Assembly (NCBI GenBank): GCA_965243025.1
Contig: CBDETY010000003.1
Location: 3,360,001-3,424,000, forward strand
Direction of reading: 5' to 3'
DNA from: Candidatus Latescibacterota bacterium
GTDB taxonomy: Bacteria > Latescibacterota > UBA2968 > UBA8231
Length of the DNA: 64,000 nucleotides
Within the stretch, counting starts at the first letter, position 1, and each line of letters begins with the position of its first letter. Under the pieces are notes generated by a model. The model saw nothing but the letters and a program-made list of their open reading frames with translations, had not been told where the DNA came from and did not search any database. Positions 9,365 through 18,309 of this stretch are shown one piece after another. The position numbers and the translations under genes were made by a program.

Positions 9365-10501
9365 GTGTTCTCAGACGAGGAACTCATTGTCAGGTGCAAC
9401 CAGGGAAGTCAGGACGCCTTTCGCCTGCTTGTGGACAGGCATTGGGCAAGCGTCGTGCGAACGGTTTCGTCCCTTCTCGGCGATCCGGACGATGTCGAGG
9501 ATGCCGCGCAGGAAGCGTTCATCCTGGCCTGCAGGCGCCTCGATGATCTGAAAGACCCCGGCAAGTTCCCGGCATGGCTGCACACCATCGCCCGCAACGC
9601 CGCACGGAAGGCGCTGCGGCAAAAGCGGCTCGAGCGGGAACGCCTGCCGGAGCACGAGTTGAGGAACGGTCTGCTCGCATCGGACTTGCAGGTCTCCCTC
9701 GACTACAGGGAGCTCAAGGCCCTGGTCAACAGCCTCGCCCCGCCGGACAGGGCCGTCGTCACCCTTTTCTATCTGGCCGGTATGGAGCTCCATCGAATCG
9801 CCGAACAGCTCGGCATACCCGTGGGCACGGCAAAAAGCCGACTCCACAGATCGCGCAGACTGATGCGAGAAAGGATCCGGGACATGGAACGGAAATCACA
9901 CGAGCGCACCGCCTCTCCGGAGACCTCCCCGCGCGACGTCATCGGGGGAATGAGGGGGCTCATCAACTGGCAGGTGGTTCCAGCCGATGAGGGGCTGTCT
10001 TCCTGGAGGCCGCATCCGGCCGCGGAGCGGGACGCTCTCGACAAGACCTGGAAAGTCGAAGGCAACGCCGTCGTCGGTGACAGCAGGGAACTCGGGGAGG
10101 AATCCCCCCTGCTCGTCGCCGGCGAACCGGCCTGGTCCGACTACGAGCTCTCCTTTCTGATGACCCCGATCTCCGGAGGGAACGCCCAGGCGGCCTTCCG
10201 CCTGTCCGAGGAGGGGAGGAGCTTCTATATGCTCGATTTCCTCCTGGGATGGCAGGCGGTTGCCGTCAGCAGGGTGGTCGACCGCGGTGTAACCAAGCTG
10301 AGCGTAGTGAACCACGCTCTTCACGCCGGACAGGAATACGAGGTCCAGATCGCAGCCCGGGGTGCCTCCCTGACCTCGTACGTCGACGGGAAGCTGGTCA
10401 ACCAGGTTGCCGACGAGACCTTCCGCGCCGGGGCTTTCGGCTTTATGGTGTGGGAGAGCAGCACGGCCTTCCGGGACGTGAGGTACCGTCTTCTGCACTG
10501 A
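9365..10501 (+). CDS. ECF sigma factor with C-terminal beta-sandwich (DUF1080-like) extension
   Basis: DVEDAAQEAF, F.AWL..IARN, IAEQLGIPVGTAKSRLHR; GGAGGGAG RBS before GTG 9365; C-domain W.VE..., WSDYEL, YVDGKLV, FRDV. Confidence 0.85.
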   Translation: MFSDEELIVRCNQGSQDAFRLLVDRHWASVVRTVSSLLGDPDDVEDAAQEAFILACRRLDDLKDPGKFPAWLHTIARNAARKALRQKRLERERLPEHELRNGLLASDLQVSLDYRELKALVNSLAPPDRAVVTLFYLAGMELHRIAEQLGIPVGTAKSRLHRSRRLMRERIRDMERKSHERTASPETSPRDVIGGMRGLINWQVVPADEGLSSWRPHPAAERDALDKTWKVEGNAVVGDSRELGEESPLLVAGEPAWSDYELSFLMTPISGGNAQAAFRLSEEGRSFYMLDFLLGWQAVAVSRVVDRGVTKLSVVNHALHAGQEYEVQIAARGASLTSYVDGKLVNQVADETFRAGAFGFMVWESSTAFRDVRYRLLH

Positions 10502-10587
10502 AAGCCGCGCGCGCTTTCAGCTCCGCCAATGCCACCGTGAGAACTACCAGTCATCCAGGCCCACTCGGAAGTCGCGAGGAACCAGGC

Positions 10588-11772
10588 ATGCAGTGCGTAC
10601 TGCTTCTGTCTGCCATCTTTCTGACGTCGAAACTCTCGGGCGCCGACGACCTGTCCGGCGCAGGTGTCCTTGCCCCGGCTGCAACCGCCACAACCTCAGC
10701 GGGCGCGGATCTTGCCGATCCCGCCCCGGAAAGAGACCGGACGATGCCTCTGCTCGTGGACGCCCACCCCTCGCAACCGAACCTTTCGACTCTCATCTCC
10801 GTCCTCCATCCCATGCTGCAGAGCGCCGGACAGACGGAGTGGTCCACCGACCGTCTGCGCGGCGTAACCGGACACGCCTTCGCCTTCGAGATGCGAAAGG
10901 GCGGCGGGGAAGTCTGGCACGACGCCAACCTCGACTGGTGGCTCTGGTACGATCTCTACCCGCAGGTTGCGCAGTTCCGTGTTTTCTACGCTACGAAGGC
11001 GGACCCCGGCGTCGACCTTCCCGCCCTCAAGGCCGAAGCGAGGGATGCCGTTCGGGCGAGCCTGCAGAAGGGCATCCCCGCCCTTGCCTGGCAGGCGATG
11101 AGCCCGGAGCAGAAGGCGAGCGGAATCGGGGCGGGCAACTGGGGCATGCTCGCCGGGTACGCCGACACCGGCGAGACCTACACGATCAGGCACAAATGGC
11201 GGACCCGGGAAGGGTCGGATTTCTCCGTTCGCTACGACGCCATCGGCCACACCGACCCGGTCGAGCTGTTCAACGTGATGGTATACGACGGTCCGTCGGA
11301 GGTTGACGAAGGGACAACCCACCGCACGGCGCTGCGGAATGCGGTCGCTTTCGCGAACGGAACGCGGTATGACCCGTCAGAGGCCGTGTACGACGTCGAC
11401 GCCCGCGGATTCGCCGCGTACGAGCTCTGGAGTGAAGCCCTCGAGTCGGAGGACGTCTCTCCCTTCCATTCCCATTTCCACGCCCGCATCATCAGGGCCA
11501 GCCGGCAAGGTGCCGCGGGGTATCTCCGGGAGCTCGTCGCCCTGTTCCCGGAAGCGGGTGAGGAGCTGAACGCCGCGGGTGCCCGGTATGAACGGGAACT
11601 GGAAGCGCTGGAGCCGCTTTACGAGATATGCCATACCGCGAAGCACGAGGACAACTTTCCGGAGGACGCCCGCGCCAGGGCGCGCGCCCTCATCGCTGAA
11701 GCGCTCGAGGCGGACCGGGCGGCGGTGGCTCACATCGAGGCGGCACTGACCATCCTGGACCCATCGGAGTAG
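10588..11772 (+). CDS. Hypothetical protein, possibly exported (BtrH/C39-like fold suspected)
   Basis: Long GC-biased ORF; hydrophobic N-terminus; GVTGHAF and WG.L.GY motifs. Confidence 0.55.
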   Translation: MQCVLLLSAIFLTSKLSGADDLSGAGVLAPAATATTSAGADLADPAPERDRTMPLLVDAHPSQPNLSTLISVLHPMLQSAGQTEWSTDRLRGVTGHAFAFEMRKGGGEVWHDANLDWWLWYDLYPQVAQFRVFYATKADPGVDLPALKAEARDAVRASLQKGIPALAWQAMSPEQKASGIGAGNWGMLAGYADTGETYTIRHKWRTREGSDFSVRYDAIGHTDPVELFNVMVYDGPSEVDEGTTHRTALRNAVAFANGTRYDPSEAVYDVDARGFAAYELWSEALESEDVSPFHSHFHARIIRASRQGAAGYLRELVALFPEAGEELNAAGARYERELEALEPLYEICHTAKHEDNFPEDARARARALIAEALEADRAAVAHIEAALTILDPSE

Positions 11773-11833
11773 ACGAGAGACAGGCGATGGGCAACTTCCG
11801 AAAGCGCCCGGTCCGGTGCCGCAGGTTTCGAGC

Positions 11834-12271
11834 ATGAAACGGGTTTCCACATCGCCCGACGAATACCTGGCGTCCCTGCCGGCGGAGATCCGCGGCGACA
11901 TGGAGACGCTGGACCGGCGCATCTCCGCGGCCCTGCCCGGTCACCGGCGCATCCTGTGGGAGGGGGTGTTCTGGGGCGGCAGCGAACAGGCCATCATCGG
12001 CTACGGCGACTACTCCTACGTGCGCTCCGACAGAAAGCCGGTGGAGTGGTTCATCGTCGGGCTGGCGCGGCAGAAGAACTACTACAGCGTCTACGTCAAC
12101 GCCGCCGACGGGCGCCGCTACCTGACCGAGGCGTACGCCGGCAGGCTCGGCAAAGTCAAGGCGGGCAAGAGCAGCATCAGCTTCCGAAGGCTGGCGGACG
12201 TCGAAATGGAGGTGCTGCTGGAGCTGGTCGAGCGCGCCGGCGTGCTGATGGGGGGCGGCGAAGCGGAGTAA
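11834..12271 (+). CDS. DUF1801-domain protein
   Basis: IIGYG.Y.Y, WF.VGLA.QKNY.S.Y, LGKVKAGKS.I.F. Confidence 0.85.
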   Translation: MKRVSTSPDEYLASLPAEIRGDMETLDRRISAALPGHRRILWEGVFWGGSEQAIIGYGDYSYVRSDRKPVEWFIVGLARQKNYYSVYVNAADGRRYLTEAYAGRLGKVKAGKSSISFRRLADVEMEVLLELVERAGVLMGGGEAE

Positions 12272-12326
12272 CCGGGGCGAAACGAGCTGGAAATGAAACG
12301 GAAACAGAAGAATGACATGATTCCAT

Positions 12327-12354
12327 TTGACATTTAAAAACAATGGGTTATGAT
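12327..12354 (+). promoter_or_regulatory. sigma70 promoter of fic
   Basis: TTGACA-N16-TATGAT in an AT-rich island. Confidence 0.7.
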
Positions 12355-12390
12355 ATATCTCCTCCGAAACAGGACGGAAATGAGCGGTAA

Positions 12391-13677
12391 ATGGAATCCC
12401 CGGCCATCAGCAGCTACGCTATACCGCAGCGGTGGATACGCTACGACCTTCAGGCGGTTTTCGAGTTGCTGGTTCAGGCCAGGACCGCCGCCGGAGTCCT
12501 GAACCAAATGCCGTATCTGCCCCAGTGGATCGAGCAGGTCCACGAGGAGCAGCTGCGGCTGGAGGCCGCCGGCACCTCCCGCATCGAAGGCGCCGAGTTC
12601 ACACAGGGGGAACAGGAAGAAGCCCTCGCTGCCGACTCTCCCGCACACGCCGGCCTGACCCATTCCCAGCGGCAACTGCGGGCCGCCGACGCCACATACC
12701 GCTGGATGCGCTCCCTGCCGGCCGACCGATGGGTCTCGACCGACTTCATCCTGGACATCCACCGGCGCATCGTGACCGGCTGCGACGACGATCACTGCGA
12801 GCCCGGTGCCCTGCGCCCCCAGGGCTGGAACGTCACCTTCGGCACGCCTGCCTGCCGGGGGGCCGAAGGGGGCGCCGAGTGCCGCACCGCCTTCGACTCT
12901 CTCTGTTCCGCAATCGAGGGGGAGTTCCGGCAACACGACCGGATCATCCAGGCCATCGCCACCCACTACCACGTGGGATCGATGCATCCCTTCGGCGACG
13001 GCAACGGCCGCACCGCCCGCGCCCTGGAGGCGTTCATGCTGCGGCAGGCCGGGGTCAACGAAATGGTGATGGTCAGCCTTTCCAACTACTACTACGAGCA
13101 CAAGGAGGAGTACCTGGGGGCGCTCTTCGCCTCCCGGCGCGGGGGACACGACCTGACCCCCTTCCTCCAATTCGCCTTAGGGGCGGTCACCGGGCAGTGC
13201 AGCGCAGTAGCCGCGGCCATCGCCGCCAACCATCAGCGCACGCTGTTCCGGGAATTCGCCAGATCGTTGTTCGGACAGCTCCGCAGTCCCCGTCGCCGGG
13301 TCCTGGCGGGCCGCCAACTCAAAGTCCTGGAGGTCCTGCTGGATGGCGGTTCCATCAGCGTGAATGAACTGGCGAACCGGGTCCGGGGCGATTACGACGG
13401 CCTGAAATTCCCTGACCGTGCGTTTGTGCGGGATATGGTCGGGCTGCTCGAGCTGTCCGCGATCGCGCTTGACGACAACGGGGTCGCCGTCAACCCGGAC
13501 TGGCCGCGGCAGTCCTCGGAGTCGGAACTGCTGGAACTGCTGGAGAGCATGCCCGCTGCCCCACCGGCCGGAAACCCGGCCATGGCGAAGTTGTCCCGGC
13601 TGTTGGGGCGGGAGCGAGGGCGGGGCCTTCCCGGGCGCCGGTTCCTTCAGTCGCCGACCCGGTTTTCCTCGATGTAG
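12391..13677 (+). CDS. Fic family protein
   Basis: HPFGDGNGRTAR catalytic motif; N-terminal TSRIEG inhibitory-type motif; C-terminal wHTH-like region. Confidence 0.92.
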   Translation: MESPAISSYAIPQRWIRYDLQAVFELLVQARTAAGVLNQMPYLPQWIEQVHEEQLRLEAAGTSRIEGAEFTQGEQEEALAADSPAHAGLTHSQRQLRAADATYRWMRSLPADRWVSTDFILDIHRRIVTGCDDDHCEPGALRPQGWNVTFGTPACRGAEGGAECRTAFDSLCSAIEGEFRQHDRIIQAIATHYHVGSMHPFGDGNGRTARALEAFMLRQAGVNEMVMVSLSNYYYEHKEEYLGALFASRRGGHDLTPFLQFALGAVTGQCSAVAAAIAANHQRTLFREFARSLFGQLRSPRRRVLAGRQLKVLEVLLDGGSISVNELANRVRGDYDGLKFPDRAFVRDMVGLLELSAIALDDNGVAVNPDWPRQSSESELLELLESMPAAPPAGNPAMAKLSRLLGRERGRGLPGRRFLQSPTRFSSM

Positions 13678-14792
13678 TCCCAGTCGAACTCCATCCCGAG
13701 ACCGGGGGTCTGCGGGAGGATTGCGTTGCCCTCCTCATCGAGGGGATCGCAGATCGCCTTCAGGTGCGGCGGAGGAGTCTCGTAGTCGACTTCCGGGTGC
13801 AGCAGGCCGCGCTCGAAGTACTCGCACGTGGCCTCGGTGGTGGCCCCGAGAATCTGGCTGTTTGCCCAGCCCCCTCCGTGCATCTCGCACTGCAGCCCGA
13901 ACGCCTGCGCGACGTTGGCCATCTTCCAGGACCCGGAGATGCCCCCGTAGTTGTGGTCGATGCGCAGCATGTCCGAGGCCCCCTGAAGCACCCACTCGGC
14001 GCGGGTGAAGACCCCGCCCGGAACGTGCTCGGGCGCCAGCACGGCGATGTCGAGCTCCCGGGTGAGGCGGCGGTACGGCTCCATGCGCGTCTCGATCATC
14101 GGGTGCTCCAGCCAGTAGTACCCGAGCTTCTCCAGCTCGCGCCCCACCCACAGGGCCTGCTCGGCGGTGTAGACGCCGAACGGGTCCAGCATCAGCACCA
14201 TGTCGTCGCCGACCGCCTCGCGCACGGCCTTGCAGACCTCGACGTCCTCCCTGGGGAACCCCGGCACCTGCGGGGCAGGTTCCCACGTCCGGGGATTCCA
14301 GCATATGTAGGCATGCACCTTGTAGGCCTTGTATCCCTGCCGCTTGCAGGCGGCGGCGTGCTCGGCGTAGAGCTCGGGCTTGCCCATGTTCGGGTAGGTG
14401 CTCGCATACGCCTTGACCCGCTTCCTGGCGCCGCCCAGCAGCTTGCTGACCGGCAGTCCCGCCATGCGTCCCAGCAGGTCCCACAGGGCGCAGTCCACGG
14501 TGCCGGCGACGTGTTCCGGCAGGCCGTGGCCGAAGGTGGTCAGCTGGTCCATCCAATTCCACAGTTGCTCGCGGTTGAGGGGGTCCTCCCCGACGAGCAT
14601 CCGTTTCACCGGTCCCTCGATATAGCGTCGGTCGCCCCCCACCATGTACCCTTCCAACCCTTCGTCGGTCGATATCCGGGTGATGGCGTCGGTGCTCTCG
14701 CGCTCCTCTCCCAGCACGCCGTACCCCCACTTGGACGGCCGTTGCCGCGTCGTGCTGCGGAAGGTGATGACCTCTATGTCGGTGATCTTCAT
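13647..14792 (-). CDS. Mandelate racemase/muconate lactonizing enzyme family protein
   Basis: VDCALWDLLGR..G.PV..LLGG, K.YK.H, MLD, WLEHP, PGLG. Confidence 0.92.
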   Translation of the reverse strand: MKITDIEVITFRSTTRQRPSKWGYGVLGEERESTDAITRISTDEGLEGYMVGGDRRYIEGPVKRMLVGEDPLNREQLWNWMDQLTTFGHGLPEHVAGTVDCALWDLLGRMAGLPVSKLLGGARKRVKAYASTYPNMGKPELYAEHAAACKRQGYKAYKVHAYICWNPRTWEPAPQVPGFPREDVEVCKAVREAVGDDMVLMLDPFGVYTAEQALWVGRELEKLGYYWLEHPMIETRMEPYRRLTRELDIAVLAPEHVPGGVFTRAEWVLQGASDMLRIDHNYGGISGSWKMANVAQAFGLQCEMHGGGWANSQILGATTEATCEYFERGLLHPEVDYETPPPHLKAICDPLDEEGNAILPQTPGLGMEFDWDYIEENRVGD

Positions 14793-15538
14793 GGCTGTTC
14801 GCCCTCCAGCCCCTTCAGCTCCGCCACCGCCCTTTCATGGACGAACCCGCCGTACACATCCCCCACGGGCAGCCCGACCGCCTTCGACAGCAGCTCCTTC
14901 GCCCGCTCCCTGCCCTTCTTGCCGTCGAGCTTCGGCAGCCTGAGAGCATAGTCCAGCAGCACGACCTTCGACTCCGGGGCCAGCTCGAAGGCGCGCTCGA
15001 AGTGGGCGGCCGCTTTCTTTTTGGTCGCCCCGTACATGACCCGGGCCGGCAGGCCCCCGGCGCGGTCGACGATGTCGGCGTTCCACCCGCCGAGGGCCAG
15101 GTGCGCCAGGGCGTGGTCGGGATCGAGGGCGAGGGTCGCCTCGAACATCTTGCGGGTCTTGCCCCCGAGTCCTTTGCGCAGCGCCGTCATCGTGCCGATG
15201 CTCTGCGCGTAGCGGCCGAGGGCGTGGCCGGACTGGAAATACCCCTCCGGGTTGGCGCTGTCGGCGCGCACCGCCTCCTCCCCCATCCGCAGGGCCCGTT
15301 CGAACAGCCCCTTCCTCTCTTCCTCGGGGGCGGCGTAGTGCCCGTACACCGCCAGGGCTCGCGCCGCCAGGGCGAACCCTTGGGAGGTCCCTGCGGCTTC
15401 GGCGATTCCGGCCGCCTCGACGAAACGGCCCTCCGCGAATGCGGACTTCGCCTCGTCGAGGGACTCGGCGCTGGCGCCGGCCGCGGCGAGCACGAGCCCC
15501 CCGGCCGCTGCGATCCAGGCAATTCGGGAATTGGTCAT
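14789..15538 (-). CDS. Secreted TPR-like helical protein
   Basis: Signal peptide (ASA|ES) and helical repeats. Confidence 0.65.
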   Translation of the reverse strand: MTNSRIAWIAAAGGLVLAAAGASAESLDEAKSAFAEGRFVEAAGIAEAAGTSQGFALAARALAVYGHYAAPEEERKGLFERALRMGEEAVRADSANPEGYFQSGHALGRYAQSIGTMTALRKGLGGKTRKMFEATLALDPDHALAHLALGGWNADIVDRAGGLPARVMYGATKKKAAAHFERAFELAPESKVVLLDYALRLPKLDGKKGRERAKELLSKAVGLPVGDVYGGFVHERAVAELKGLEGEQP

Positions 15539-15617
15539 CTCACTCACTCCGGTGAAAAAGCCATCGCGCTCTGAACGATGGCAGCAGTGCTCTCGCCGCA
15601 CCCGGGAGGGGTACCGG

Positions 15618-16643
15618 TCACCGGTTCCCCACCTTCACCCCCTGCACGGAAAACACTTCTTCGAGGAAGTTCTCACCCAGGCGCACGTAGCCGGCGGCGT
15701 CCGGGTGGAGGTTGTCGGGCAGGTGTTCGGCGAGGCTTTCGTCGAAGAGCTTCAGGCCGTCAATGTAATGAATGTAATGGATGTCGGCGTCGCCGCGCCT
15801 TGAGAACGCCTCCACGGCCTCGGCGACCTCGACGCGCATCTGCGCCAGGGTCAGGCCGACCGCGTTGGGCGCGGTCTCGCGGTCGTGCCCCCAGATCGGG
15901 GAGCAGACCGCCAGCGGGGTTTCGGGATGGCCGTCGCGGATGGCGGCAATAGTGCCGAGGACGGCCGGGCGGAAGGCGCGCGGGCCGAGGCTGGCGGCGC
16001 CGTAGATGTTGATGCCGATCTTGACCGAGATGAAGTCCGCGGGCAGGTCGCGGATCAGCCGGGCGACGAAGGGGTCGGCGTGGCACTGGCCGCCGAAACC
16101 CAGCGACGTGAGGTTGAAGTCCCTGGCCCGTGCTACCACCCCGGGCCAGGTAGCGGCGGGGGATCCGGCGCTGCGGCAGTGGGTGATGGAGCTTCCGTAG
16201 GTGACCCACTTCGGCCGGGTGTCCTCGCTCTTTTCGCAGCAGGCTCCCCCGGGCAATTCAATGTGGCGCACCGCTACGGGCATGGAGGGCGACAGCCAGA
16301 TCTCCAGGGACTTTTCGCCCGCTGGCAACCCCTCGAAACGGACCTCGGCCGCCCCGGCCGCGTACGCAGCGGTGGCCTCGGTCCGCCCGTCGATGCACAG
16401 GTCGAAGCAGCCGTCCTCGGCCAGCGGCTCACAGCCGACGGCCAGGTCTTCGGCGTCGGTGGCCAGGCGCACGCGCACGCCCGAAGGCATCTCCGCCCGC
16501 CCGGCAAGGCCGTCCTCTCCGGGGGAGTACAGGTCGAGATCTCCATGGGGAACGCGCCAGGGCTTGACCCAGCCGGGCCCCTCTTCGAGAGAGACGGCGC
16601 CGCTCCAGGTCAGGCGGGGGTCAACGGCAGGGATGAGGGGCAT
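15618..16643 (-). CDS. SGNH/GDSL hydrolase
   Basis: YGSSIT, LGFGG, GIN, DNLHP. Confidence 0.9.
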   Translation of the reverse strand: MPLIPAVDPRLTWSGAVSLEEGPGWVKPWRVPHGDLDLYSPGEDGLAGRAEMPSGVRVRLATDAEDLAVGCEPLAEDGCFDLCIDGRTEATAAYAAGAAEVRFEGLPAGEKSLEIWLSPSMPVAVRHIELPGGACCEKSEDTRPKWVTYGSSITHCRSAGSPAATWPGVVARARDFNLTSLGFGGQCHADPFVARLIRDLPADFISVKIGINIYGAASLGPRAFRPAVLGTIAAIRDGHPETPLAVCSPIWGHDRETAPNAVGLTLAQMRVEVAEAVEAFSRRGDADIHYIHYIDGLKLFDESLAEHLPDNLHPDAAGYVRLGENFLEEVFSVQGVKVGNR

Positions 16644-16838
16644 GAAAAACTCCTTTCCGTTGGGAGAGAGAAGCTCAGTCGTTCCCGGGCAGGATGCGGT
16701 TGTTCACGGACGGCCCGGAACCTCGTGCCTGCTTGCGCATTCCGCGAGGATCCGGCCGCACGATTTCGCGCCCCGGCACCTGTTGCCTGCCTGCAGCATT
16801 TCGGCGCGAACCCGGCAGCTTGATTTCGCCCGCGGGCA

Positions 16839-18299
16839 CTAATCGCCCCCGGTCTGCGGCGGCGGCGGATAGTGCAGGCCGCGCTGGCCCGTGAGGTCGC
16901 GGTTGGAGCCGGGCGCCCATTCCCGGTCCGGCAGGCCGACGAGCCCGCCTTCCCCGACCCAGGCTTCGTCCCCGCCGTAGAGCTCCGCGGCCAGCTGCTC
17001 GCTTAGCCTGGCCCGAATTCCGGCGTGATTTTCCGAGCCGGCCAGGTCGTTGAGCTCGCCTGGATCGCTTTCGAGGTCGAAGAGCTGGACGCGGTTACCC
17101 ACCGGATAGTAGATCAGCTTGTGCCGCCCCGCGCGGATCATGCGGGTCGCGTTCCGACCTTCCCCCCATTCGCCGTACAGGTACCCGCGCCGTTCCTCGC
17201 CGATCATCGACAGGCCCTCCACCGTGCCGGGCACGTCGACGCCGGCCAGGTCGAGCAAGGTCGGCATGACGTCCTGCCAGCCGGCGAGGCGGTCGTCGAC
17301 GGCACGGTGCGGCACCCGCCCGTCCCGGCCTCCGAGCAGGATCATCGGCACGTTGGCCGACTCCTCGTGGAAGAGCCGCTTTGCCCAGAGGCCGTGGTTG
17401 CCGAGCATGTCGCCGTGGTCGGCGGTGAAGCAGATGACGGTATTTTCGAGCAGCCCCTCCTCCCGCAGGGTACCGATCACCACGCGCAGCTGGTGGTCGA
17501 TCTGGGTGCATTGCGCGTAGAAGGCGCGGCGGATGCGCAGGACCTCCGGCCCCGCAAGGTGGGCGTTGTCACCCTGGATTTCCTTGAGCGCATAAGGCAT
17601 GCTGTCGAAGTCGCGCGCCCAGGCGCCGTGGCGCGGCGGGTCGATATCGATACCGCGGTAGAGGTCGAGATAGCTCTGCAGGGGCACCAGAGGCGGGTGC
17701 GGGTGGCGGAAGGACAAGTACCAGAATCCGGGCCTGGCCGGGTCGCGCCGCTGGATCATGCGGCTCATCTTGCGCGCCGCCCAGTTGGTTGGGTGGCAGT
17801 CCTCGGGCAGGTGCCAGGGGCGGAAGGAGTACTCGTTGTTGCTCATGCCGTGGGCGAAGCCCATGCCGGCGTGCCCCTTGTCCGCCAGGAAGAGGTCGTA
17901 GTCGTCGACGGCGCCGAGGTGGGGGCGCCCCTCTTCGTCGAGGATCACGTCGTCGAAGCCGATGCGGTCGCGCTGGGGGTAGACGTGGAGCTTGCCGACG
18001 GCGTACGCCTGGTACCCGGCGCCGCGAAAGGTCTGCGCCAGGGTCGGCAGGCCGGGCATGGGCTCGGTGGTCTTGAAGACCCGGTCGCCGTGGGTGCGCG
18101 GCGCGGTGCCCGTCATCAGGGTGCGCCGCGCCGGGATGCAGACCGGGCATTCGCTGTAGGCGTTGGTGAAGCGGGTGCCGCTGCGGGCCAGCTCGTCGAG
18201 GGTGGGGGTGAGGATGGCCGGGTGGCCGGCTTCCCCGAGGAGGGAAGCGGACCAGTGGTCGGTGGTAACCAGGAGTACGTGCGGTCTGTCGTCTGCCAT
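16839..18299 (-). CDS. Formylglycine-dependent sulfatase (Cys type)
   Basis: CIPARRTLMTG (CxPxR), GKLH, HPHPP, ADHGDMLG. Confidence 0.93.
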   Translation of the reverse strand: MADDRPHVLLVTTDHWSASLLGEAGHPAILTPTLDELARSGTRFTNAYSECPVCIPARRTLMTGTAPRTHGDRVFKTTEPMPGLPTLAQTFRGAGYQAYAVGKLHVYPQRDRIGFDDVILDEEGRPHLGAVDDYDLFLADKGHAGMGFAHGMSNNEYSFRPWHLPEDCHPTNWAARKMSRMIQRRDPARPGFWYLSFRHPHPPLVPLQSYLDLYRGIDIDPPRHGAWARDFDSMPYALKEIQGDNAHLAGPEVLRIRRAFYAQCTQIDHQLRVVIGTLREEGLLENTVICFTADHGDMLGNHGLWAKRLFHEESANVPMILLGGRDGRVPHRAVDDRLAGWQDVMPTLLDLAGVDVPGTVEGLSMIGEERRGYLYGEWGEGRNATRMIRAGRHKLIYYPVGNRVQLFDLESDPGELNDLAGSENHAGIRARLSEQLAAELYGGDEAWVGEGGLVGLPDREWAPGSNRDLTGQRGLHYPPPPQTGGD

Positions 18300-18309
18300 C
18301 GGCGTCTCC

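Noticed and set aside
15762-15783. 9-nt duplication giving IHYIHY in the SGNH hydrolase
   Set aside because: Small in-frame slippage with no evident functional meaning.
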